Source: an uncultured bacterium (lineage in GTDB: Bacteria; UBP14; UBA6098; B30-G16). From it: DNA of 22,040 bases. The DNA lies in assembly GCA_965552135.1 (NCBI GenBank), contig CBEVQY010000036.1, positions 1 through 22,040 of the forward strand, read 5' to 3'. Made by a program: the position numbers and the translations under genes. The notes beneath the pieces are model-generated. The model had not been told where the DNA came from, did no database searches, and worked only from the letters and a program-made list of their open reading frames with translations. This document shows, one piece after another, positions 7,476-15,825 of this stretch (position 1 is its first letter; every line of letters begins with the position of its first letter).

Positions 7476-8138
7476 ATGGTCGCGACGCCGAAATTGATCG
7501 CCTTTGCCGCGGCGGGATTGCTTTGCGCTCTCGCCTCGGCTGCAGAGACTCCCCGGGCCGAAGTCGTAATCGCGAAGCTCGACAGCGTCTGGCAAAGCAT
7601 CCACGACTGCAGGTGCACCATGGAGGTTTACGTCCGCGCGGGCGGGAAGGAGGAAAGGCACAGGGGCGAGTATCTCTTCATGAAGCCCAACTGGATCAGG
7701 TTCCGCATTACCGATGGCGACGACGCTGGCTCAGACGCCGTTTTCGACCCCGAGGCAGGCGTCGTGCGCGCCCGCGGTGGCGGCATCCTGAGCATCGTGA
7801 AGGTATCCCTGCCGCCAACAAACCCAAGGGTCAGGTCAATCAGGGGGCACAGGTTTGATCAGAACAACTTCGGTCGCATCGTGGAGCGGTGGAGGTACTA
7901 TCTGGCTTGTGGCTCGGCGCAGGTCGAACAGAGAGGTGATACGATTATCCTTGCGGGCGAGGCGGACGATACCTCCCGCTTCTACGGCACAAAGCGCGAA
8001 ACACTTTATGTAAGCGCGAAGACCTTTTTGCCCTGCGGCTTTGACCAATACGATGCCACAGGCGTTTTGATAAGGCGGGTTCGTTTCGTTGACGTTCGGG
8101 TCGACGTTGGGCTTCGCCGAAGCGACTTCGAGCTATAA
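7476..8138 (+). CDS. LolA-fold periplasmic protein (lipoprotein carrier/sorting-like, DUF1571-like)
   Basis: 220 aa; signal peptide (ASA|AE); pattern IHDCRCTM...YLFMKPNWIRF...TLYVSAKTFLP...VRFVDVRVDVGLRRSDF typical of LolA/MucB-like proteins. Confidence 0.7.
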   Translation: MVATPKLIAFAAAGLLCALASAAETPRAEVVIAKLDSVWQSIHDCRCTMEVYVRAGGKEERHRGEYLFMKPNWIRFRITDGDDAGSDAVFDPEAGVVRARGGGILSIVKVSLPPTNPRVRSIRGHRFDQNNFGRIVERWRYYLACGSAQVEQRGDTIILAGEADDTSRFYGTKRETLYVSAKTFLPCGFDQYDATGVLIRRVRFVDVRVDVGLRRSDFEL

Positions 8139-8153
8139 GATGGGGGTTATCTT

Positions 8154-9047
8154 ATGCAGAGGGCTTTTGTCTTTCCGGGGCAGGGCTCGCAGAAGCCCGG
8201 CATGGGCAAGGACCTCTACGAGCGTTTCGGGGAGGTGCGCGACGTATACAAGAAGGCGTCGAAGATAGCCGGCTTTGACGTCGCGGAGCTTTCGTTCGAG
8301 GGCGATAAACAAACCCTCGCGCAGACTCAGTACACGCAGCCGTGTATATTCGTCCACTCCTACGCCGTTTTGGTTGCGCTTGGCAGCAAAGCCGAATTCG
8401 ACGCGGTTGCCGGGCACTCCCTGGGCGAGTATTCGGCGCTTGTTGCCGCAGGGGCTATCTCGTTCGAGGACGGTCTTGCCGCGGTGGTCGAGAGGGGAAG
8501 ACTCATGGCGGAAGCCAAGGAGGGCACGATGTTCGCCCCCCTCGGGGCGGACCTCGAGACGCTTGAGGAGCTTGTCGCCGAGCTTGAGGATGAGGGCGTC
8601 ATCGAGATCGCAAACTACAACGCCCCGGGGCAGTTCATAATAAGCGGCGAAAAGGACCTCCTTCAAAAGGCCGCGGACCTACTCAAGGAGCGTGGGGTTA
8701 AAAAGGTGATCTTCCTTCCTGTGTCCGGTGCGTTTCACTCGGCGCTTATGGAGGATGCCGCCCGCGAGATGGCGAACGTACTGAAGAAGCTTGAGATCCA
8801 ACCGCCCAGGGTGGCGTTCTACGCCAACGTCACGGGCGACCGCGTCGACGACCCCGAGGAGATCAGGAAAAACCTGCTCCTCCAGCTCACAAGCCCCGTG
8901 CGGTGGATAGATATCGTCGAGAATATGGTCCGGGACGGGTGCAAAACGTTTTACGAGATAGGTCCGGGGAAGGTGCTTCAGGGGCTCATAAAGCGCATAG
9001 CCCCTCAGGCAGAGGCTATGGGCTGGCAGGATTTGATGGAGAGTTGA
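8154..9047 (+). CDS. fabD: Malonyl-CoA:ACP transacylase
   Basis: FVFPGQGSQ, TQP, GHSLGE, ANYNAPGQ, LPVSGAFHS, QLTSPVRW, EIGPGKVL. Confidence 0.97.
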   Translation: MQRAFVFPGQGSQKPGMGKDLYERFGEVRDVYKKASKIAGFDVAELSFEGDKQTLAQTQYTQPCIFVHSYAVLVALGSKAEFDAVAGHSLGEYSALVAAGAISFEDGLAAVVERGRLMAEAKEGTMFAPLGADLETLEELVAELEDEGVIEIANYNAPGQFIISGEKDLLQKAADLLKERGVKKVIFLPVSGAFHSALMEDAAREMANVLKKLEIQPPRVAFYANVTGDRVDDPEEIRKNLLLQLTSPVRWIDIVENMVRDGCKTFYEIGPGKVLQGLIKRIAPQAEAMGWQDLMES

Positions 9048-9049
9048 CG

Positions 9050-10147
9050 ATGGATGAGGTTATCCGCAAGTTCGCTTTGGTTTTGGTTGACTATTCGCTT
9101 GGTGTTCGCGAGGGCGACAAGCTTTTGATAAGCAGCGTTCCTGCGGCCGAGCCTTTGGTGCTTGCCGTCTTCGAGGCGGCGCTTAGGCGCGGCGCACATC
9201 CCGAAATCGATATACATCTGCCCGAGGCGCAGGAGATCTTCTTCAAACACGCCACCGACGAGCAGCTTGCGTACATCTCCCCGCGCCGAAGGGCGGTCTT
9301 CGAGGAGTACGACGCATACCTGCAAATCCTGGCGCCCACAAACACCCGCTCGCTCTCCGGCGCTGATCCCGCCAAGCTCTCGCGCTCGTCTGCGGCGATG
9401 CAGCCCCTTATGGAGAAGATGCTCAGGCGCGCCTCGGAGGGGGAGTTCAGGTGGACGCTCACGCTCTTCCCAACGCCTGCGCTGGCGCAGGAGGCGGAGA
9501 TGAGCACCTCGGAGTTCAGGGAGTTCGTTTGGCGCGCGTGCAAACTAACGTACCCTGACCCCATATCGGAGTGGCGCAAGCTTGCAGAGCTTCAGCGCCG
9601 CTACGTCGATTGGCTCGACGGGCGCTCGCGCTTCGAGGTCCGCGGAAGCCACATCGACATAACCTTCTCGACCGAGGGACGCAGGTGGATAAGCTGCGAT
9701 GGGCGCGAAAATTTTCCCGACGGCGAGATCTTCACCTCGCCCGTGGAGGATTCGGTGGACGGCTGGGTCGAGTTTACGTATCCCGCGGTTTACAACGGCA
9801 GGCTCGTCGACGGCGTTCGCCTTGAGTTCGAGGGAGGTAGGCTCAAAAGCGCCACGGCGCGGTCGGGCGAAAAGTTTCTGCAAGAGATGCTGCAGGTCGA
9901 CGAGGGCGCGCGCAGAGTCGGCGAAATCGCGTTCGCAACTAACTACGACATCACGCGCTTCTCCAAAAACACCCTCTTCGACGAAAAGATAGGGGGAACG
10001 CTCCACATCGCCCTCGGAAACTCGTACCCTGAGGCAGGCGGGAAAAACAGGTCGGCTATACACTGGGACATGGTCTGCGACATGTCCGACGCCGTGGCAA
10101 AAGCCGACGGCGAAAAGTTCTACGAAAACGGAAGGTTTTTGATCTAA
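9050..10147 (+). CDS. Aminopeptidase, peptidase M29 (AmpS/AmpT) family
   Basis: NFPDGEIFTSP, ARRVGEIAF, NTLFDEKIGGTLHIALG, NRSAIHWDMV; start at ATG 9050 just after the fabD stop. Confidence 0.93.
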   Translation: MDEVIRKFALVLVDYSLGVREGDKLLISSVPAAEPLVLAVFEAALRRGAHPEIDIHLPEAQEIFFKHATDEQLAYISPRRRAVFEEYDAYLQILAPTNTRSLSGADPAKLSRSSAAMQPLMEKMLRRASEGEFRWTLTLFPTPALAQEAEMSTSEFREFVWRACKLTYPDPISEWRKLAELQRRYVDWLDGRSRFEVRGSHIDITFSTEGRRWISCDGRENFPDGEIFTSPVEDSVDGWVEFTYPAVYNGRLVDGVRLEFEGGRLKSATARSGEKFLQEMLQVDEGARRVGEIAFATNYDITRFSKNTLFDEKIGGTLHIALGNSYPEAGGKNRSAIHWDMVCDMSDAVAKADGEKFYENGRFLI

Positions 10148-11418
10148 AAGCGGTACGATATTCCGAACTGGACGTCGTAGAGCCTGTATTTTTCGCCCAG
10201 GGAGTTGCCCGCCTGGGTGACGTCGGTGCGCTGCCAGTTCGAGAACGCCACCGCGCCCTCGACAAGCCACCTCTTGTCCACAAGAAGCGAAAGCCCGCCC
10301 GTCAGGATCTGCCGCTCCTTCTCGATCGTCGTCACCGCGTAGGACACAGGGTCGTATCGGTACCCGCCCCTAAGCCTCATCGGAAGGACCCTTATGGGTA
10401 TTGTGAACTCTGCCCCAACGCCCCAGGCGAGGACGGCTCGGTAGGAGCTCGGTATCCACGGGTTCTGCTCGACCCAGTCGGAGGATCGGTACCTCATCTG
10501 CCGCCAGTCGGTGTACACCACGTCGGCGGCTACGTTGACGAAGGGCGACTTTATCGCAATCCCGCTACCGAACTGGAAGGGCGTCGTCATGTCGATGTCG
10601 TATTTGTATGAGTCGTACTCGTACTCCTGGGTTCCGTCGAGGTAGTCGACCGTGGTTTCGTATATGGCTTCGCGCTGGGTCGTCAGAGCCGACGGGAACT
10701 TCACCACGGCGCCCCAGGCGAAGTACCTGCTGGGCGCGATAAGCAACCCAACGCGCCCCGTGATGCCAGAGTATCCGTGAGTGATGTTGTCGGAGAAGAC
10801 GGTGTCGGCAACGACGGTATCGCCGAGCTGGAACACCATAGCGTCCCACGTGTAGTTTTCGGCGCCTGTGATGAACTCAAGCGACGCGCCGAAGGCAACC
10901 GACTTCGACGTCTGGACGCCGAAGGCTATGTGTAGCGCGCCAAGCCCGCCGTCGTCGGTTTCGACTGCAGTTATCGATGCGCCGTCGGCGCGCTGCCCGG
11001 AGAAGTTCGCCGACCTGTCGAACGACTGCGAGCGCGAGTATCCTATCGCGAACGCTGCGCCACCGCGCCTCGCGGCAAGGGGATAGACGCCGCCCAAAAG
11101 CTGGAGCTTCACCGCCGAGAATTCGACGTTGTCGGGACAGCCGTTGAGGGATGTCTCAACCCGTCCGGAGCGGACGCCTATTGCGCCCGCAAGCTCGCGC
11201 TTGTAAACGTAGGCGAGCCCGGCCGGGTTGTAATACGCTGCGGAGAAATCCTGTGCAAGCGCGATATGCGCCCAGCCCATGCCGGCTGCCCGCAGACCAA
11301 CGCCCACAAACCCGTCGGCAACGGCGACCTCGTCGGCGACCTCGCCGAAGGAGCCAAAGCCGCTGCACGCTGCGGGAACCACAAAGAAGGCTATAAGCAC
11401 CGAAATTGCCCTCCGCAT
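10144..11418 (-). CDS. OmpP1/FadL-family outer-membrane beta-barrel transporter
   Basis: 424 aa; SD AAGGAGGTG; signal peptide; hatch motif GLRAAGMGWAHIALAQDFSAAYYNPAGLA; WRQ motif; LRGGYRYDP; C-terminal FGISYRF beta-signal. Confidence 0.88.
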   Translation of the reverse strand: MRRAISVLIAFFVVPAACSGFGSFGEVADEVAVADGFVGVGLRAAGMGWAHIALAQDFSAAYYNPAGLAYVYKRELAGAIGVRSGRVETSLNGCPDNVEFSAVKLQLLGGVYPLAARRGGAAFAIGYSRSQSFDRSANFSGQRADGASITAVETDDGGLGALHIAFGVQTSKSVAFGASLEFITGAENYTWDAMVFQLGDTVVADTVFSDNITHGYSGITGRVGLLIAPSRYFAWGAVVKFPSALTTQREAIYETTVDYLDGTQEYEYDSYKYDIDMTTPFQFGSGIAIKSPFVNVAADVVYTDWRQMRYRSSDWVEQNPWIPSSYRAVLAWGVGAEFTIPIRVLPMRLRGGYRYDPVSYAVTTIEKERQILTGGLSLLVDKRWLVEGAVAFSNWQRTDVTQAGNSLGEKYRLYDVQFGISYRF

Positions 11419-11438
11419 CTTTCACCTCCTTGGGTTTC

Positions 11439-11837
11439 CTACATTCCGCGGCGCCTTTCGCCGCGCTCGCGGGAGGTCGTGTCGGGCTCGCTCGAACCCT
11501 CATCCTCATCGATGATGAAGATGTTAACTATATCGAGCCCGTCTAAGCAGCTTGAGATGCACTCGCACGCCTCGTCGTACCGCCCCCGCGGAAATCTCTT
11601 GGAGGGTCCCGAAAGCTTCTTTTCGCCCCTGCCTCTGCCGTGCTTCCTGCCGCGGGGAATGTAGGGCGACCAGTAGTAGTAGTTCCACTCCCGACCCCAC
11701 TTTGTGTCGTGGAAAAACTGGTACCTGTGGTTTTTGAGCCACTCCCTTTTCGTCAGCCGCTTTCTGGGGGCGGTGGTGTAGCATCCGCTCACAAGCACCG
11801 CCGCGACGAAGAGGGCTATGACGACAGCTCGCCTCAT
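11439..11837 (-). CDS. Small basic lipoprotein upstream of the FadL-like gene
   Basis: 132 aa from ATG 11837 (SD AGGAGG); MRRAVVIALFVAAVLVSG-C lipobox; aromatic patch, CxCxxxC, acidic then Arg-rich tail; stop 20 nt before the FadL start. Confidence 0.75.
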   Translation of the reverse strand: MRRAVVIALFVAAVLVSGCYTTAPRKRLTKREWLKNHRYQFFHDTKWGREWNYYYWSPYIPRGRKHGRGRGEKKLSGPSKRFPRGRYDEACECISSCLDGLDIVNIFIIDEDEGSSEPDTTSRERGERRRGM

Positions 11838-11871
11838 CCTTTCCCTCCTGCGCCTCTTCCGCCGAACGTTG

Positions 11872-11887
11872 TGCAAAATCTGTGCCA
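11872..11887 (-). promoter_or_regulatory. sigma54 (-24/-12) promoter
   Basis: Minus strand TGGCAC-AGATT-TTGCA matches TGGCAC-N5-TTGCW with exact GG/GC spacing, 34 nt upstream of ATG 11837. Confidence 0.8.
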
Positions 11888-11938
11888 CAGGGCAAAAGGG
11901 CTGTGGCGCGTCGCCTTGTGCCGTGGTGGGGGCTTCTG

Positions 11939-11961
11939 CGGTGCACATTTATTGTGCACCG
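11939..11961. promoter_or_regulatory. Palindromic upstream activator sequence (NtrC-type enhancer candidate)
   Basis: CGGTGCACA-TTTAT-TGTGCACCG, a perfect 9-bp inverted repeat containing TGCAC-N7-GTGCA, about 90 bp upstream of the predicted sigma54 start site. Confidence 0.6.
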
Positions 11962-13385
11962 TCGCGGAAGTGGTGGACGACGAACGCCTTGAGGTACGTC
12001 ATGTGTTCGAGGGCGTAGCGTGGTCCTTCGCGTCCCAGACCGCTGTCCTTTACGCCGCCGTATGGCATCACGTCGGCGCGGAAGGTTGGGACGTCGTTTA
12101 CCACAACGCCGCCCACCTTCACCCGCTCGTACACCTCGCGGGCGGCGGAGATGCTCGCGGTGAAAACCCCAACCTGAAGACCGTATCTGCTGTCGTTGAC
12201 GAGGTCTATCGCTTCGTTCAGGTCGACCACGGGGTTTATCACGACGACGGGCGCAAACGCCTCCTTCTGCACGATGGTTGAGCTCTGCGGCGCGTTCGTG
12301 ATGACTGTGGGCTCAAATAGCGTCCCACGCCTCTTTCCACCACAGCGAACCTGAGCGCCGAGGGATTTCGCCTCGGAGATCCAGTCCTCGATCCTTTTCG
12401 CGTCCGACTCAGATATCATAGGTCCCATGTCGGTGGCTTCGTCGAGGGGGTTGCCGATGCGCATCTTCGTTGCGGCGCTGACTATGTGCTCCACGAGGAC
12501 GTCGAACACCGGCTCTTCGACGTAGACCCTCTGGACGGATATGCAGACTTGCCCCGCAAGCGCCATTGCGCCCTTGAGGATTCTGTCGGCTGCCCAGAGT
12601 ATATCGGCGTCGGCGAGGACTATTGCCGCCGAGTTCGAGCCAAGCTCCATGGCGATGTGCTTTAGCCCTACCTTCTGCGCGAGCGCCTTGCCCACCTCGG
12701 CGCTGCCGGTGAAGGTGACGACCTTTATCCTATCGTCCAGCGCGATGGGCTCGGCGACGTCTGCGCCGCTGCCGGGAAGAACGGATACCGCCTCCGGAGG
12801 ATAACCGGCATCAAGAAGCAGCCTCCCGAGCATGATGCCCGTTATCGGCGTCTTCGAGGCGGGCTTCAGTATGAATGGGTTACCTGCGGCTATCGCCGGT
12901 CCCAGCTTGTGGAGGGCGAGGTTGAGCGGGAAGTTGAAGGGGGTTATCGCAAGCAGCGGTCCTGCGGGGAACCTTTGGTAGAAGCCCCACTTGTTGCTTC
13001 CGTTTGGCGCCACGTCGAAAGGTATGACCTCTCCCGTCGGCTCCCGCAGGAGTGCAGCTGAGAGCGCAAGCGTCTCCTGCGCCCGGCTGACCTCTCCGCG
13101 CGCCTCGCGGATCGTCTTGCCGCACTCGAGGGATATGATCCTCGCGAACTCCTCCGCGCGCTCCTCCAAAAGCCTCTTGGCGCGCAGAAGGATGTCCTCC
13201 CTGTGGCGGGCGCAAAGGTGCGAGGTCTCGTCGAAGGCGTCGGGAAGCCTGCCCAAAACCTCGTCTATAACATCCTTCGTCGCGGCGGACACACGACCGA
13301 CAAGCGAACCGTCGTAGGGCGAAAGGACCTCAAACGTCCTCCCCGTCTCGACCTCCTTGCCGCAGGCTATAAGCGGATAGTCCAT
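11949..13385 (-). CDS. NAD(P)-dependent aldehyde dehydrogenase (lactaldehyde dehydrogenase/GAPN-like subgroup)
   Basis: AITPFNFPLNL, LKPASKTP, FTGSAEVG, MELGSN, catalytic GQVCIS, EAFAP, MPYGGVKDSGLGREG; start at ATG 13385 with SD GGAGGT. Confidence 0.95.
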   Translation of the reverse strand: MDYPLIACGKEVETGRTFEVLSPYDGSLVGRVSAATKDVIDEVLGRLPDAFDETSHLCARHREDILLRAKRLLEERAEEFARIISLECGKTIREARGEVSRAQETLALSAALLREPTGEVIPFDVAPNGSNKWGFYQRFPAGPLLAITPFNFPLNLALHKLGPAIAAGNPFILKPASKTPITGIMLGRLLLDAGYPPEAVSVLPGSGADVAEPIALDDRIKVVTFTGSAEVGKALAQKVGLKHIAMELGSNSAAIVLADADILWAADRILKGAMALAGQVCISVQRVYVEEPVFDVLVEHIVSAATKMRIGNPLDEATDMGPMISESDAKRIEDWISEAKSLGAQVRCGGKRRGTLFEPTVITNAPQSSTIVQKEAFAPVVVINPVVDLNEAIDLVNDSRYGLQVGVFTASISAAREVYERVKVGGVVVNDVPTFRADVMPYGGVKDSGLGREGPRYALEHMTYLKAFVVHHFRDGAQ

Positions 13386-13403
13386 GGCACCCTCCCTTCT
13401 CAT

Positions 13404-14357
13404 TCAGTATTCAACCGATATTTGGACTGTGTGCTGTGGTGCAAGTTTTTCGCTTTCGGGGGCTACGGCGTAGTCGACCCCGAGGACGGCTATTTTGCCG
13501 ACCTTCGAGCGGATTCCCGCGCCAGCTGTCGGCTTCCCGTTCAACACCCCGGCGCGCAGGACGATGTGCGGGATGGCGGTTTGCGGGGCTTCTTCGTCTC
13601 CAATGCGCTCGGGGCAGATCTCCACCTCAATGCCGCCGCCGAGGAAAACCTCGTCGCCAACGCTCCACACGTCGAAGGCAGCCTGAAGGGGGATTGCGCC
13701 AAAGCTTTTGGCATAACTTGCTCCGATGCGGAACCTCGTGGGGACGTCCTCGTTGGAGACCTGTCCCTGTCCGTAGAAGCTGTTGGAGTTCCACGAGAGC
13801 CGCATGAAGAGGTTTTGCGCCGCCGCGCCAAAGGTGACGCCGTATTTTCGAAGGCGAAGCGATACCCCAGCGCCGAAGCCCGCCGACGAAGCCGTCACGT
13901 TCTCCACGCTCGACTGAAAATACTCCACGCCCAGACCGAGGTGCAGAAGCCCAGGGACCAAAGCTTTGGCGAAGGAGAAGAATATTCCGTCGTTTCCGTT
14001 CTGGACGGTGCCCAGAAGTTCGCCGTCTATGTCCCTGAACTCGACGCCCTCCGTCGATGTGTGGATCCAGACGAGCCCGATCCCTGCCCCCTCCTTAATG
14101 CCTGCGACGAGCGAGGCGAAGTAGAGCCGTCTGTCCAGGTCGAGGAACTTGTTTCCTGCTGATACGAGCATGGTTTTGCGCTCCGATACGGATGCCGGGT
14201 TGTAGTAGGGCGCGAGGGCGATATTTGGCGCTGCGGTTCCTGCGCCACCCGTTGCCTGCGTGCGGGCGTCGGGCACAAACCACAAAAACTTGCAGCACTC
14301 GCCAGCACCAAAGGCACCCGAAAGCAGAAGAAACAGCACAAAAAGGCAACGCTTCAT
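13404..14357 (-). CDS. PorV/PorQ-family (UPF0164-like) outer-membrane beta-barrel
   Basis: 317 aa; SD GGAGGT; signal peptide; PDARTQATGGAGTA...YYNPA; RDIDGELLGT; amphipathic strands; ends HTVQISVEY. Confidence 0.78.
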   Translation of the reverse strand: MKRCLFVLFLLLSGAFGAGECCKFLWFVPDARTQATGGAGTAAPNIALAPYYNPASVSERKTMLVSAGNKFLDLDRRLYFASLVAGIKEGAGIGLVWIHTSTEGVEFRDIDGELLGTVQNGNDGIFFSFAKALVPGLLHLGLGVEYFQSSVENVTASSAGFGAGVSLRLRKYGVTFGAAAQNLFMRLSWNSNSFYGQGQVSNEDVPTRFRIGASYAKSFGAIPLQAAFDVWSVGDEVFLGGGIEVEICPERIGDEEAPQTAIPHIVLRAGVLNGKPTAGAGIRSKVGKIAVLGVDYAVAPESEKLAPQHTVQISVEY

Positions 14358-14382
14358 CGCAAGGACCTCCGACCTTTCGGAA

Positions 14383-14410
14383 AAAATAAGGCACTTGCTT
14401 TCCTGCGCAA
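14383..14410 (-). promoter_or_regulatory. sigma70-type promoter for the PorV-like/ALDH genes
   Basis: TTGCGC - 16 nt - TATTTT, 25 nt upstream of ATG 14357. Confidence 0.5.
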
Positions 14411-14426
14411 GGGGGGATAAAAAAAT

Positions 14427-14518
14427 CGGAGAGGGTGGGATTCGAACCCACGGTCCCGCTTTTGGCGGGACAACCGCTTAGCAGGCGGTTGCCTTCAGCC
14501 AGACTCGGCCACCTCTCC
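14427..14518 (-). tRNA. tRNA-Ser(GCT), CCA not encoded
   Basis: Acceptor GGAGAGG/CCTCTCC+G; anticodon arm ACCGC-CT-GCT-AA-GCGGT; long variable arm GTCCCGC-CAAAA-GCGGGAC; T arm GTGGG-TTCGAAT-CCCAC. Confidence 0.97.
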
Positions 14519-14531
14519 GCTGCCAACAAAA

Positions 14532-14559
14532 AATTTAGCCCGCCCGGCGCGTGTGTCAA
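14532..14559 (-). promoter_or_regulatory. sigma70-type promoter for tRNA-Ser
   Basis: TTGACA - 16 nt - TAAATT, 13 nt upstream of the tRNA. Confidence 0.7.
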
Positions 14560-14578
14560 GGGGGAAAATGCCCGACAG

Positions 14579-14609
14579 AAAAAAAGCCCCCGCCTCAGGG
14601 GACGGGGGC
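14579..14609 (-). terminator. Intrinsic terminator after the Ldh_2 gene
   Basis: GCCCCCG-TCCCCTGAGG-CGGGGGC followed by TTTTTTT on the minus strand, 24 nt after the stop. Confidence 0.85.
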
Positions 14610-14633
14610 GAGGGACAGGCGCTCCAGAAGGGC

Positions 14634-15725
14634 TCAGAATGGAAACTCCAGCCCAACCTCCTCCGTGATCTTTTTCATCGTCTCTATGACCTTGACCTCG
14701 ATGGGTACGGTTTGGGCGTTTTGGGTTTGCTTTTCCCACTCCTTTTCGCCGTGGACCCATATTCTGTCCTTGCCCTTCGCCTTCGGCGCAGCCTTCAGCC
14801 TGCGGATGTAGTCGTCCATTGCGGCGGTGAACTGCTCAAGCGGGATGAAGAGCTGCGGGTCGATGGCGGCGAAGAAGTGGCAGACGTTGGCGGGTTTATC
14901 CTTGCCCCTGCCGTAGACGTCGAGCCCATACGCCCCGCCCGAAAGGACGCCCGAGAGGATGTCGACCATAACGGCAAGTCCATACCCTTTATGACCGCCG
15001 GTGAGCTCCTCTCCGCCGCCGAGGGGGAGGAGCCCACCGCCCTTGCGGTCGAGCAGGTTCTGCAGCACGGTGGATGGATCGTCTGTGGGGACGCCGTGTT
15101 CGTCCGTCGCCCACATGAGGGGGATCTTCTTCCCCTGACGCGCGTAGACCTCAAGCTTCCCGCGCGGAACGGTAGAGGTCGCCATGTCCAAAACCCACGC
15201 CGGCTCATCCTTCGTCGGAACCGCAACGGAGATCGGGTTCGTGCCGAAGAACAGGTCCTTGCCGTTTGTGGGAACGACGAGTGGGGCGGCGTTGGTCATC
15301 GAGATGCCAATCAGGTTGTGCGGAAGAGCCATCATCGAATAGTAGGCGGCTATCCCGAAGTGGTTTGAGTCGCGCACAGCGGCAACGGCAAGACCGTTCT
15401 TTTTTGCCTTGTCTATAACCATCTCCATTGTGTAGTACGATACGGGCTGTCCCAGCCCGTCGTGACCCGACACAAGGAGCGTTGTCTGCGTTTCGCGCAG
15501 CACCTCGATCTCCGCGTCCGGAACCATCACGCCGCGCCTTATGCCGTCGACGTAGCGCTTGAGCCTTGCGACGCCGTGCGAAGGTATTCCGCGCTGGTCG
15601 GAGGTCACGAGGACGTCGGCGGTTATCTCGGCGTCGCGACGCCTCACGCCGAGCTTCTCGAAGATGTCGGCAACATGCTTCTTAAGACCATCCACCGGCA
15701 AAAGCCTCGTCTCAACATCAGCCAT
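14634..15725 (-). CDS. Ldh_2-family oxidoreductase (type-2 malate/L-lactate dehydrogenase, ComC/AllD-like)
   Basis: DQRGIPSHGVARL, SNHFGIAAYY, FGTNPI, LDMATS, GGHKGYGLA; SD AAGGAGG. Confidence 0.95.
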   Translation of the reverse strand: MADVETRLLPVDGLKKHVADIFEKLGVRRRDAEITADVLVTSDQRGIPSHGVARLKRYVDGIRRGVMVPDAEIEVLRETQTTLLVSGHDGLGQPVSYYTMEMVIDKAKKNGLAVAAVRDSNHFGIAAYYSMMALPHNLIGISMTNAAPLVVPTNGKDLFFGTNPISVAVPTKDEPAWVLDMATSTVPRGKLEVYARQGKKIPLMWATDEHGVPTDDPSTVLQNLLDRKGGGLLPLGGGEELTGGHKGYGLAVMVDILSGVLSGGAYGLDVYGRGKDKPANVCHFFAAIDPQLFIPLEQFTAAMDDYIRRLKAAPKAKGKDRIWVHGEKEWEKQTQNAQTVPIEVKVIETMKKITEEVGLEFPF

Positions 15726-15763
15726 GACAAAGCCTCCTTCTGCACTTTGACCCTCCTTCGGCG

Positions 15764-15792
15764 AAAATAAACCGCCGCGGAGACGTATACAA
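15764..15792 (-). promoter_or_regulatory. sigma70-type promoter for the Ldh_2 gene
   Basis: TTGTAT - 17 nt - TATTTT in the divergent intergenic region. Confidence 0.5.
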
Positions 15793-15825
15793 GAGATTTT
15801 TGGCAGACGCCCACCCTCAACACAC

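Noticed and set aside
8903..9049. N-terminal extension of the aminopeptidase overlapping fabD
   Set aside because: M29-like sequence begins at ATG 9050; the extension would overlap fabD by about 145 nt.
10144..10147. Overlapping stop codons of the convergent aminopeptidase and FadL genes
   Set aside because: A common arrangement in compact genomes; no further signal.
14427..14518. tRNA-Ser and tRNA-Thr (21625-21697) as integration sites of an island
   Set aside because: No integrase, no duplicated tRNA 3' end and no compositional boundary seen; flanks are housekeeping or envelope genes. Lack of encoded CCA is common in bacteria.
14427..14518. Possible tRNA-Sec or suppressor tRNA because of the long variable arm
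   Set aside because: Anticodon GCT, a 7-bp acceptor stem and a G discriminator fit an ordinary tRNA-Ser.
11949..15725. ALDH and Ldh_2 as one catabolic pathway
   Set aside because: They are separated by a terminator, a tRNA and separate promoters; substrates cannot be inferred from sequence.
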